From the NCBI GenBank assembly GCA_040954595.2, contig CM082584.2:6901919-6965918 (forward strand): a DNA stretch of 64,000 nt. Reading direction: 5' to 3'. Shown here piece after piece: positions 37,401-50,106 of the stretch. Each line of letters opens with the position of its first letter. Positions within the stretch are counted from its first letter, which is position 1. Position numbers and translations under genes: made by a program. The notes below the pieces were generated by a model. That model saw nothing but the letters and a program-made list of their open reading frames with translations, did not search any database and was not told where the DNA came from. Source of the DNA: Balanoglossus misakiensis (taxonomy: Eukaryota; Animalia; Hemichordata).

Positions 37401-40400
37401 CAACTTGATGGCTTGCTTAGTATGCACACTAAAAGGCCAAACCATTATGTGCAAGGGAGTGTATCATGTCCCTTTGACAAACATTATGTGCCCAAGTCGT
37501 ACACTTCCATCCTTTAGTTTCTCGGAAGACATTTGATGTTCAGTGTTCATGCATTACAACCTGAATGATATTCTTAGGAAAAAATAATGCCGCTACTGAG
37601 CTTTTGTCAGCCAGAAAACAATATCATGTTTCTGCAATCATTTTGATCACAGTTCCCTTGGGCATTTCTTGTCGCTAGTGCCGCACCAGAAGTCATGTTA
37701 CGCCTACTTTCCTTATCCATTTACATATTAGTCGCCAACCAAACGAGACCGTTTCCTGCAGCGTAGACACATGAGTATTTTCCCCATTTTCCGGTACAAT
37801 TATTTTGTTGCTCAGATCAGAGCAGGTTTTATCATAATCGGTCACACTGTACAGCCTGAAGTGGCATTTTTTTCATGATTTTGAAGTCATGTCATCTCAC
37901 CTTGGAAATGGAATGTTTTCTGGTCACAGGTGATGGTGAAGGTGGAGTCATCCTCGTCGTCGATTCCAATCAGAGCACCCTGTCGCAAAGAAAAGATGTG
38001 TCAAAAAAGACTAAATCATAAACTGGTTGTGTGGTTGTTACACTTGTGGGCTCTACAGAATAAGAAGTGATTTAAAATGACAGATCCCACACCTGGGCCC
38101 TAGAAGGATTTTCCGGAATATTGAAGTCCCCTTTACAAGCTGAAATGAAACAGACTACAGATATTATACTTCTGGAAAACAAGATTGGCTTAAATCACAC
38201 GGACAGTTATAATATATATCAGGTTTAAATCCTCCCAAGGTTTGATTACAGGGCACAATTTCTCAGGTGGCCTTTTAATAAATCAATAAATTATAATCCC
38301 AGACCTCGAGGATTTTATGTTACTTCGCAAGGATTATAATGGACTCTTAATACATTACAACTTAAGCTGGGGAAATTTGAAATATGATTCAAACGCTACA
38401 GGGTTTTCTGCAGAATAACGAGACTATAAGAGGCAGGTGTAAAATTACAGAGCCAAGATGAGAGATTTGCAAATATCCAATGACAGAATATTCCTGTTCA
38501 ACTATAAAAAGCAAATCCTATCCTTGTCAGCTTAGCAGCAACTGTCTGTTGTTAAATGCACTTCTCATTTTAACATCAATGCATTTCTGTTCAAAAAGAT
38601 GAAAATATTGTAATGCTGTAAATCTGAACTGTTCTGTTATATTCTCGATTAAATTTCCATTTTTTTCAAAAACTGTAACACAGATTAGTTCCAAAGTACT
38701 CCTTCCATTGTTTTGTCTGTAGAATTCAAACCCCACATTCACATTGTGCATAGAGAGCTATATCGTTTCTGAGAAACTAGTGGACATGACATTTTCAACC
38801 GTCACCACTGACAGTCAAACATACCTTGAGTCTAACACAGCCTCTTCTCGACCCTCTCATCATCTTTTCTTTCGACTGAAATGAAAAAATAAGAAATATT
38901 TAATTACATTTATTCAACAAACATTTTAATTCAATAAACCCATACACGCATGCGTGTGCAACTTATAATTAAATACCACTGTACTGTTAGTATCCTTGGT
39001 GACAAGCTCCATTTTTCCATGCTGTGCTTGATGAATTGATATTGTATTTTAATGACCGCCAAGCCTGTAAGATACATGTTACTACAACATTATTACTGTG
39101 GGCTTGTCTGAATCAGGTATGAAACCTGACAAAAAGCACAATTCTATTATTAGGAATTCAGAACACGAGAAGTGAAGGGCAAAACTTTACACAAGAAATA
39201 CTGAGCAAATATTGAACCTCCACAGGCTTTACTGATCATGTGTGTCTCGCGAATGAAAAATGGATTATTTCAATAATGCAAATATTGATATTATGCAAGT
39301 TATGTTGAGGACACTACATAATTTGGTTGAGGAGTTATTTCTTACACTGGCTTTGGTAGATGAATGGTCTTCGATACTTCTTTGAAATTTCAAAATCATT
39401 GATGCTTTTGCCAGATTAAAAAAATTATTCCATAATGGTAGTCACATGATATGCCCATATACCAGGATGTGGGTTGAGTTACAAATGTCTGACAACAGGT
39501 CATTGACTCGAGCATGTGTCAATAAACGGTAAAAAAACTTGCTTTTAAAAGAAACTAAAATGTGGATAACCAGTAAGTTTAACTTCAGACATTTTTCTCT
39601 GCTACGTGTTTGACGTGTATTGTTGAATGTCTGTCTGGTCATAAAACCTGTTTTTCAACAGCAACAATGTATGTCACACAAATTGTACTGACTGTATTGA
39701 CAAGCCATATAGCAGTGATGAGAAAGCAGTCGCAGAAGGATACTTAAAACAAGGACAGAGTTGCTAAGCAACAGATGCAGGGAGATATTTACAGAATTAA
39801 TGAGAACACTTGACAGACCCATCTATAGTAGTTAGATGGTCCAAATAATGACAGTTGCAATGTAGTGTTTAGTCGCACTTTGCTGTCATTTTCACTTTGA
39901 TTTCTTGCAAATTTAACTTTCTGCTGTATAAATTTGTCCAGGTCAAACTTACCAAATTAAAAACAGGCCAAGATTTATCTTATAAAATGAGAGATTTTTG
40001 TGAACTTAAGATTATGACCCGTTGCAGTTATTCTATTCACTGAAATACACCCGGTCATATCTGAAAAAGTTGAAGAATGCCAACTGATAGTGATCTGTCT
40101 TTTAGAAATATGATGAGATCTTCCATGCATATTAGGAAAGCGAAACACTGGATGACCCAGTCATAGTAACCGTGACAACGAGTTAGAAACTCGCACACTC
40201 AACTACAGTTACAGCATAGGTATGCCTAGGTAAGGTCAATAGGTCAACAATGTTGTTGCTACCCAGGCTATGTCCCCAGACCTTCAGAGAGTTGGACCAG
40301 TTTTGAGTGACTGTACAGACAGCAGTCAGAATTGGTCTATTTGCACTTTGATTCACTGTATGCATTGCAGTAAAAAATATCTCACTCTGCATCAATTATC

Positions 40401-41264
40401 ACAGTTATGCAATCACAATATTAAGTCATCTTCAAAGAATGGTGGAAATCTATTTTTTCATATATTTTTTCCTATACTTCCTTGATCTTATTTTTATTCT
40501 GCTTATTTTGAGTTTTACACCATTTCAGTTGAAGGATAGTTAAACATCCTGAAAATCTGCATAATTGTTGTTTTCTTCATAATGTGGACATCGAATGAAC
40601 TACTGCTAGTTACGTTACTCATTGCTGTAAACGCCCCCTGTCGCCGGTATGTATAATTTTCCGGATGAGATATCAGTTATGTGACACACAAGTGGTTAAG
40701 CAGACGACCCACCCCTCTGGGTTTCTGGGCTGGGCAAATTCAGACTCGGAGTCAGTCCATAGTACGTCGATCTTCAGTTTGCGGCGGGGGGGGGGGGGGG
40801 TCAGAGGTGGGCGTGGGAGACCCGTACGCGTAATGTGCAATGTACATGATGTCTCAAGACAATCTCTACAGTTTGTTTGCACTGCATGATTTAGTTTCTT
40901 GACTCAGATCTCACTGGTGGTGACACCGGCGAATCCAGAATCACAGTTCCCCCACTCTTACGCCCACTGATTAAGGAACCGGTACCGTACGTAAGGGGCC
41001 ATAGGTCACAGCGAATAGTGACTGTGTTGCACGTCAGTGACAGTGTTATAAATGAACGGCCACCTTGAAGCACTCTCGGCAATCTGAAGGCGTAGCTCTT
41101 GTCCGATTCTCAAATTTACCGTCTTCTCGGTTTCGAAACAACCAACACATCCTTACCGTATAGTATGAAAGGAGTCCGGTTTGTGGATCTAACACGAACC
41201 ACCGATATTGCCATCCCTTCATAACGTTGGTCCACTTGCTCAGCGGTCCCTCCATTGCTGCCAT
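19203..41264 (-). CDS. OSBPL9: Oxysterol-binding protein-related protein 9 (ORP9): PH domain + coiled coil + FFAT + ORD, ~860 aa
   Basis: 19 in-phase exons: 41157-41264 ([26 protein letters not shown]), 38825-38875, 37901-37979, 34020-34096, 31102-31278, 29436-29486, 25844-25940, 25144-25266, 23286-23463 ([19 protein letters not shown]), 22726-22841, 22416-22575 ([22 protein letters not shown]), 21955-22141 ([12 protein letters not shown]), 21698-21782 (OSBP signature EQVSHHPP), 21419-21529, 21044-21248, 20785-20863, 20459-20550, 20227-20362, 19203-19673. Confidence 0.95.
22217..22371. mobile_element. Small MITE-like element with 18-bp terminal inverted repeats, in an OSBPL9 intron
   Basis: Left end tagaatctctcacagccc and right end gggctgtgagagagtcta are 17/18 reverse-complementary. 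The 10-mer atgattggta occurs at both flanks. Confidence 0.5.
31378..31482. repeat. (CT)n/(CA)n microsatellite
   Basis: A tctctctc run followed by cacaca is seen directly. Confidence 0.95.
34878..34966. repeat. (TGAA)n microsatellite
   Basis: An atgaatgaatga run is seen directly. Confidence 0.95.
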
Positions 41265-41536
41265 TTTTTCTACACGCGCACTGATCCCTGGGAAAATCTC
41301 GGGAGTTTGTGAACGCCCGCTAGCGACCACTTTTGTCGAACAGCGCTTCCAGAAACTGACCAACCAGAGCCTCCTGTAATCGTCACATGACCGCTTCCAC
41401 CAATCAACGCTGGTGCGGGTTTTTTAAATCACCAGTTTGCAAAATGGCGACGTGACGGTAAGATCAGAAACAAAGTTGGAAGAAGGAAGAAATCAAAAAC
41501 TCAGCAATATTCCAAGGGCAGTCCTATATTCACAGC
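41265..41536. promoter_or_regulatory. Bidirectional promoter shared by OSBPL9 and DEPDC1
   Basis: Only 272 bp separate the divergent ATGs (41264 and 41537). It contains an M-box/E-box GTCACATGAC at 41382-41391, CCAAT near 41400, a CDE/CHR-like TGCGG-N4-TTTAAA at 41414-41428, and a YY1-like AAAATGGCG at 41441-41449. Confidence 0.75.
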
Positions 41537-44500
41537 ATGCAACAGACCGGTCCAAATCTAGGCCCTTTTAGGGCCACAAGATTGGTAAGTTTACATCGAA
41601 ACAATCGTCTTTGATTGAAATGAAACCATTGATACCTGACGAGCGAAACCAACTCACTCGGCTACTGAAACTGTAAATGTGAGATTTTATTTATCATTGA
41701 TCAGCGAATAAAAGAAAGCGATACCGATACCATGAAATGTTGATTAGTATAATAACCAATGTCGTGTAGTGTTAGATAAAATGGCGCTTAGACATGTACT
41801 TTGTTTACAAAAATACAAGATTTCGGACGGATTTACCGATTATGTAAATTTTGTAACAAAACTGGGTCAATTTCACCATGGCATTTGTATTCATCATAAC
41901 ATTAACTCTTCTGTCAACACAGGGATATAATTACTGTTTATTAAATTTACTGACTTGAAATAAGGAGTGTGATTTTGATGCAGTCAATGACCCTGAGGAA
42001 AATTTGAAACGTCATGAATTGATTAACATCTGAGGTGTCTATTCTAGTAGTTTATAGTTGAAAGTCAGTATCTGTGATCTGTATAACTCAACCAATATTT
42101 CACAACATGGCTAGAATTATGCTGTGGATCCTTAGCCTTACCACTTTCTGACTTTCTCTGATGTTTGTGTTCTGGGTGGAGCCCACCACAAACACAGACA
42201 AGGCGTTGAAGGGAGTGGTAAGTCTTCAGATCTGCAGCAAAGATTGAAAGTACGTCATATGGATGGGAACTGTACATGTATATACTGTGACCCTGCATCA
42301 TAGTGTAAAATTGCTACAGATTTGCAGCCCCTCCGTCTCCCCTGGACGAGTTTTGTTTTTGCCCTCTCCTCGCAAAAACAAAAATCGTCCAGGGGAGAAA
42401 GGGGCTGCAAAACTGCAGCAAAATGTAGAACAGGATTCGAGTTTGCACAGCCATCTGACACTGGGCTTAACAAATAACTTATAAATTACAACTGTTTATT
42501 TTTCATTTAGGTACTACTGTTTGCGGGCATGTTCACATTGTGTTATGCTTGATTTTTCAGTGGAATGAACTCATCCAGGCTTTCCGTTCGGGCATGCCGC
42601 TCAAGAAGCACCGGTGGAGAATGCGTCTCTACGACAACTGCTTTGCCTCGTCCGATGCCGTGGAGTGGCTGCACGGCCACCTGCGGTCCAACGTCAACTT
42701 TGGCCCCGACGTCACCAAAGAACAGACCGTTCAGCTGTTGCAGAAGTTTGTGAAGAGTGGAGTCATACAACAAGTGAGAAGGAAAGATGGTGACAAGGAA
42801 ACCGTGTTTGAAGACGATGGTCACCTCTACAGGTTTGTGTGACTGTTTTATAATGCAGATTCCACTATGTGAAGGGAAGTGTGGACACACTGTTTAGAAT
42901 GTGTGTTCCCAGTATTCCCGGAACTTCAGTGTTTATCTGGCCTGCGCATACACATGACTAAAGATCTATAAATATGTGGAAATTGTAAAAATGAGACCCA
43001 TCATGTTAAGATCATACATTGTGTAGTAGAAAATATATCTCGAAAATATGGCCATGTATCGTATGTCTTCAAAGTTCAGTGCAGCTGTTATGTCATTTAC
43101 AATCAATTCATCCTGCTAACAGACAATCAATCAAGGTATAAATTTCATTATCTGCCCATGGGTGTGATATTCTGGTAGTTTTTGAAAAGGACATATGATA
43201 TGCACAGCTGACCTTTTGTTTTCCGATAAACAGTTTCTTGCACAGACAAAAGGCCTATTGTTTACATCCAGAGAAATACCAGGTCAACAAATTGGCCTTT
43301 AACCTTGTACTGTTGTCAGTGCATGGTATTAGTACTACTATTTACACGTTCCTAATGAATGAAGTGCTCCTCCAATTATTGGCCTGGCGCTAATTAAATT
43401 CCTGACACTTTGCATACAGCACCTCTGTGAGAAGCATTCACACTGCATTGGGATTGGGATTTTTTTTATTCAAAGACAGAATGAGACCTTCCTCTAATTC
43501 TCCAGACTACACACCCATGTGATTTTTATTGTCTCAAACAACTATGCAATAACATATGTAACCTATTTAATCTTACCACAGGGTTGGGTTGGTCACATAT
43601 TGAAATGCCAATTTTCAGTCTTTCTGTATTCGTAAATCCTTTTCAATGTGACTTTCGAAAAATGAGTTATATTATATCATAAATGCTCGAGACATGTGGA
43701 CAAGCTCCAATCCGAAGTTTCGCCATGATCTTCTTAAATTCACAGATTCACAAGGACGTCACCGGTGAAACCCGTCAGACCAGCGGCACTGGCCAGCAGA
43801 ACCAATCTTAGGCCAACTCACGCAGAACAGTCGATACTGAAACTCGATCGCAGTCCAGGCAGACGCGGTGCCGGTGAGCCACTGCCAGAATGCCGACTCG
43901 TGTTCAAAGCCCTCACCCAGTTCGACATAGAAGAAGCCTGGAAAACGATGCTGCTGTCAAAGTATGTATGCTGTGATTGTATTCTACGCAAATACAGCTG
44001 AGATACATGTAGCACCCTCAAAGGTGCAAGTGTTATATATATACCAACTTTCTTTCAAGAATTCAGTTGCAAATAAAACATCAGAAGCCATACAACGAAT
44101 GTTTCAAACAGATATGCTAAAAGTTGTTGGGGGAAATGGGAGTACGTTTTAATTGCTACGCATACTACAATAAGTTTTTGTAAACAGAGAAAAGAAAGTA
44201 ATGACACACACTGTTTGTTGCAGTTTACAAAGGAATCTGGGACTGTCCTCGCTGGACGAGTTGATCGCAGCCGAGAAAGTGGTCGCCAAACACATCATTC
44301 ACAATGCAAACAACATCAACAGAAACGGTGTGGTCATGGTGCCAGACAAGGAGGAGGATTTGCCCTATTGGGTTCTATCAGCCATGAGGTGCCTGGCAAA
44401 CTGTAAGTCTAATTCACCTGTCAGTCGCCCAGCACATTATGGAAAGTGTGTGTAAAATTCATTGAAACTTTGTAATTTATGTGCTGGTGCTGTATGACTG

Positions 44501-47500
44501 CATGTTACGTTCCTGTCCGAACAATAAACGTTGTGCATTTGGTATTCCCAGGCTGAAATACCTTATTTTTCATGATTCACATGTTATATGTGTGAATTCA
44601 AACCTGCTTCGGAAAATATGTCATCATAGACAAGTTATTTTCTCTGTTGGTCACGCTGTTTCATCTTCGTCTCTCTCTTCTACAGGGCCGCACAGAATCG
44701 AGGAAGGTCTTCCAACATACCCTGGCTTCGAAAGAGATGTCTTCAAGACTGTCAGTGACTATTTCCAGAATTCAGTGGAGCCGTTGCTGACTTACGAGTA
44801 TTATGATGTTTTCACGAATGTGCTCGGTAAGTCAAAGGAAATTTGTATTTCTTTGTATGAAATTGTACGAGCAATTATTACCCAGAAATTGAAATGTTAT
44901 GCTTGGGACTATACTGTTAGTAGATAACAGACAGCTTCTGAGTACTTGGTAGTTTTCAAATTCCTTTGTGTGTCATGTATTACCGTAAGAGAAGAAAGAT
45001 CATCGTGTCATTAGAATATATGTACTTGTATCAGTCGATAGCATGTAAGTGATTATATATCTGCATGGGTTTAATGGGATTGGTCATAACTGGGGGTAAT
45101 ATACCCTCCTCCAAAGTAAATTATATCCTCAAACCATAGCAAGTACTCTGCATCCCCGGTTGTAATAATCAATACTTCGTGTAACAGAGGGGTCAAGGGG
45201 TATCTAAGGCATGTCACCTCCAGTTTACTAATCGCATGTAATATCATTTTCCTTCCTTTTACAAAAAAAAATATATACCTGTCATTTGCATCCCATACCC
45301 ACCCTCCTTTGTCTTCTTTTCCCCTTCATTGCATCCGACACGCAAACATCGCACGCACTGTCAAACACACACGTACACATAAACACACAGTGATGGCGGA
45401 GAGAAGAGATCGCGGCCTGCCGGCAGTCGAGGTGAGCCAGGCCAGCTCCTGCGGCACGACCCCCGAGCAGATGTCCCTGGGCACTCTCTGGTCGTTTCAG
45501 TCGGTGGAGAACCTCATGCTGGACTTGACCATGGCCGCCCGGGGGTGCAGCCCCGCTCGCGCTCCCCACCCCCCGGGCATCCCGAGGCAGCTGTCCTACC
45601 GGAGTGCCAAGAATGCAGACTGTACCATACAGCCGCATAGACCGCTTGGTAGCAAGGGCCAGTCCTTCAGCATCGCTCAGAGGGTCAGCCAGTACGAGAA
45701 GGTGTGGTACGCCTCCGAGAGCAACTTGGTCTCCGCGTGTGAGGGCGCCCGGAGCGACGCCCGGAAACAACAGGCCAGGATGCATGGCCGCAACGTCATG
45801 TACGAGACAAGCATATGGACTCCTAGCAACAAGCCGAGGGTTTACGTCGACGAGAGGGAGACGAGGAAGTACACCCATCACAAGAAGTACCCTGCACACG
45901 CCGAGGAACTGAAAAGTCCTAGGGCTAGGGTTTTGAAAAGCAGTGCCCAGACGCCCGAGTCTCTTAAACACTCCCAAAAGTTTTCCTCAACTCCTGACAT
46001 CAGTAAACCTCTCAAAAGCGATGGACTTAAACAGAGTAGGAGGTTTGGATCGCTGAACAATGTCAACAGATGTGAAAAACCCGACGCCGGCGGTTCAAAC
46101 CTGACCAGATCCAAGAAATTTGGGTCTGCCACGCAACTCTTCGAGAAGTTGTTCAAGAACCCGCCCAAACTGAAACGCACCAGCACAAGGAACACCGTGC
46201 AGCGGCCGGTCCCCAAGGACGTCGACATTCGGCTGCTCGACGTGCCCCGGGGTCAAAGTTCGAGCAGCACGCCCGAGAGCCGAGACCAGTCGTCGGAGTC
46301 GTTCAGCTCGGCGTACAGCACGACGCCGGGGTCCGCCGGGAGTTTCAAGAGCCTCTCGGATTCCAGGGGCCGATTCGTGGCCGCCAGCTGCGCCGACCTG
46401 TCGTCCATCCACAGCGGCACGCCCTCGACGCTCTACCCTGGCCCCATGCGGGCCACTGTGTCGCTCGCGAACTTGACCGGCGGCAGTGAGGACGACAGCG
46501 GTGTGTACTCGACGCCGCGGGCCGAGATCCACGTCCCGTCGCACCGCCCGACGACGACGACGGCGGCCGCCAGCAGAGCCAACATGGTCGGATACACGGA
46601 CGTGGTCAGTGGCACGGCCATCGCCAGGGCCACTATGCGGCGGGCGGATAGTCTAACAAGTAAGGCGCTTTGTGTGAAATTTGCTCTTCCGGTAGATTTA
46701 GAAAACGTCACAGAAACTTTTCTGTTTTTGACTTCCGAGTCCGCTCGCTACACAGGCACAAAGCTCTGCTCTGAGTTCAAACACAATCTGTCATCTTCAA
46801 CACAAGTCGATTATACACTGAGTGTGGTCATCTGCTTTTCAGGCCAACAGCAAATGTGGGGATAAATTTTCAATACAAACCATAGTGGACAATAGAATTG
46901 GGAACCCCACAGTCTACTATTGAACAGCTTGATATGGCCTTCTGTACTATGAGACTATTATGGGGACACATAAATTCAGTTATACCCCAGGTTCCTTCTG
47001 GATGACTACTCTCAATAATGTATGCTTATACTCACAACATCACACAACAACAACAAAACAACTTTCAGACAAACGACATCCAACCTGTGTTCCCTTCCTT
47101 CCTTGCTGCACTTCTGATGTTAACAATATTTTTTATTCTTTGTAACTATGACGTTCTCCCTCTTTGACATGTAACACCAAGCACTCTTAACACCAAAAAT
47201 TTCTCATATCTTGAAGATGGTATGGTTTGTATGGGCATTTCTGTGTTGTCATGTCATTTCCTGTTGAATCTTGGTTTCGTCAGTATTCATTGTGTGTATA
47301 CACCCAACCACAACTGCTCTTATAACAAGTGTATTATACTCTTATTTCACCTTATTCTGACATGATCACACTGTATCTAGCAATGTTACACTTCATGATT
47401 AAACCGCGAAAAACGTAATGTTCATATTTGTACGTAATTTGTAGATTGTGCCAAAAAATCAGTTATTGGAAAGGAATACTTGGTATGTTCTACAAGCCAT

Positions 47501-50106
47501 TGTTCTTTTTGTCTTACTTGAGTTAATCTTGCTAACTCTTGGACACAGTAGAGAGAAAATGTTATGAGCAGAATGCATGTATTATAATTTTACCATTGCA
47601 TACTGATAATAGACTTGTTTGCGTAGGTCTGTACTCAGGGGACAGGTCGTGTGCCCAGGAAGCCCTGCAGTTGTGTTGCATGATGCTACCCCCTAGCAAC
47701 AGGAAGAAACTTCACTTGTTGCTGAGGATGATGTCCAAGATGGAAAACAATGAGGAGCTGAATCTGCATGACACCATCTCAACGAGACAACTGGTAAGGG
47801 CGTTATGATTAGTGGAAGTTGACATAAGCTGCAAATCCAGTGAGTTGCACGTTTTGCATGTCAACTGTCAACCAGAGTTCACCCCTTTGTCTCAAAACTG
47901 CTATTGGTCTTTTGCATTTAAGTGGTAGAGTGTACTATTCATATAGTGTTCTGAGATGAAATTCATTTATGCCTTGTGTATATGTGTCAGTCTACTTTGT
48001 GATGTGACTTTGTGTGGCAAGCTTTGGCAGCAAACAGATAATACTGTCAGGATCATCATAATAAAGTGTACCTGATCATTTAATGTCGTCAAATGACTTC
48101 AGCGTATTTGACCAGTTGTTGTTGTCTTGAAAGTTTGTTAATGGTCAGTTCAACTAATCTGGATCCCCCGTTTTACTTGTTCCCAGATTCTTCAGACGTT
48201 CTCCCGGTGCATACTGAGTTGCATTGAGGAGGTGGGCCTGGATGAAATCCTGGCCGTCCGCCTGGTCACTTACATGATGGACAACTACGTGGAGATCCTC
48301 AAAGTGCCGGACCAGCTGCGGGCCGACGTGGAAAACAGGATAGCCTACCTCAGGAGGGGCAAGGTACATGTAAGTAGAGGTTTATTGACGTGATTTTACA
48401 GACCCAAAACCCCCTGAGCTGATTAAAGAAATAACGTAATAAAACTAATATACAATTCTGCTGGAGACAAGCAAGCTTTTATCAGCAGTGCCTGACTATT
48501 TCTGTCACCTTCCTCTGCCATGGGTACATGTACACCTTTCAGTGAATGTTGTAAGCACTTAACTGGCTGTCTGCTTCTTTTATTTCCTACTCTATCCCAT
48601 TTAAGTAATAACTAATTCTTACTATAATATGGTGTCGTCCCATGATAGTTCAATTCTTTATGAAAGTTTTATGTCTTTGTTCCAACTTGTTTGGTCTAAC
48701 TTGTCATTGTTGTTGTATTTTTGTTTGCTGTTTCATTTCTGCTGAAGATAGAGCATGTCAGTCCCATTCATGGACTTAATTCTGTCTTTGGCAAAAGTAC
48801 CAGATTTCATCATCAAACGTTCTTCATTATGTCATCATGGTCACAATCATGATTTTTATCATGAAACATTTAATACGATCAACTCAGGGTCATATAGAAA
48901 TCACGTCCATACTAATCTCTCACTGCCTTTCTGAGTAAAAATAATTTTTTGCTGTGATATATATTTAATTGGGTGACTGCACTTTTTTAATTGCTTTTTA
49001 TTGTTGCCACTTTTTAATCAGTAATCATCAACATAATCTAGCAATGTGATTTTGAATGTACATTGTATTTTTGCTTGTAATACTAGAAACTTTAGCCATT
49101 ACAATATGCACTGACTTGTAGTGCCAAATCTGCACTTAAAATTAGCACCATCTTCAACTTTTTGCTAGTACATCAATCATTTTTTCACTCATCAAATATT
49201 CAACTGCCACTTTGACTCGGGTTCGACTCTCAGCAGATCAAGTACAGCGAAGACGACGAAAATGAATGGGCCTTCTGCGAGCGGGTGAGCAAGGAGGAGT
49301 ACGAGAAGCAGAAGCTGAGCGCCTCGCAGGAGGCCATGGCCGGATTGTTGGAAAACATCATCTCTGACAAGCGCATGCCGGTCAAGGAGAAAAAGAAGAA
49401 ATTGAAACAGGTACATCATCGTGCATCACTGCTTTCTGTTTAATTGGTGTGCTGGGGTAGGGGGAGGGGGCAGTCGCTGTGAGTTTGCGATAACATCAGC
49501 TGCTTGTGAGTAAATTGTGGCCTGTGTGTGTTTTAGACCTTTTGCTGTTTTGGTCATCGTGAGACAAATTTTCTTCTTTAAGCACTTGTGACCACATGCA
49601 ATGTGTAAGGCTAAGCTACTGTTGTCATTAGCGGGTGAATTTTTTTTTTACAGTGATCATGTCTGGAGAAAAAAAAATGGCTACATGTACACTAAGCCAT
49701 GTTTCATGTCGCATTGAGCCATTTCACTCAGTGGCTATTGAGATATTTGTCTATGTTGGGACAGATACATGGTTGCTGTTTCTTACCACTACCAAAAAAA
49801 CAACAACACCAGTTTTATCACAAGTCTCTGAACACTTGCACGGTTATGACTATCAACATTGCCAATTAGAATCTCCAGGTTTGCAAGGCTGATAGTGCTT
49901 CTGTGTGTCCCCCAACAGTAGTGCCGGTATCAACCAGTCTTTATTTCTCGAATGCTCAGTTTCAGAGATCCTACCCGGAGATCTACGCCAAGCGCCTGCC
50001 GACCACCGCCAGCGAGGCCCAGCTCTTCCCGGAGAAGCCCAAGATCAAGCAGCCCATGCTGAGCATGAGGAAGCCCTTCTCCAAACTCAGAGGCATGCGA
50101 TATTAA
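41537..50106 (+). CDS. DEPDC1: DEP domain-containing protein 1 (DEP + RhoGAP-like domain; DEPDC1A/B co-ortholog), ~929 aa
   Basis: 10 in-phase exons: 41537-41584 (GPFRATRL), 42561-42832 ([18 protein letters not shown]...NCF...AVEWL...[21 protein letters not shown] domain), 43746-43961, 44224-44402 ([15 protein letters not shown]), 44686-44826 (WP...[12 protein letters not shown]...EPLLTYEYY), 45391-46659, 47627-47793 ([24 protein letters not shown]), 48187-48363 (FSRCIL), 49237-49410 (NAGNAG alternative acceptor at 49234), 49960-50106 ([14 protein letters not shown]...KPKIKQPML). Confidence 0.93.
42311..42421. repeat. Near-perfect ~110-bp palindrome (hairpin/MITE-like) in DEPDC1 intron 1
   Basis: The arm tttgcagcccct..tctcccctggacga.ttttgtttttgc pairs with gcaaaaacaaaa.tcgtccaggggaga.aggggctgcaaa around a loop of about 9 nt. 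Confidence 0.85.
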
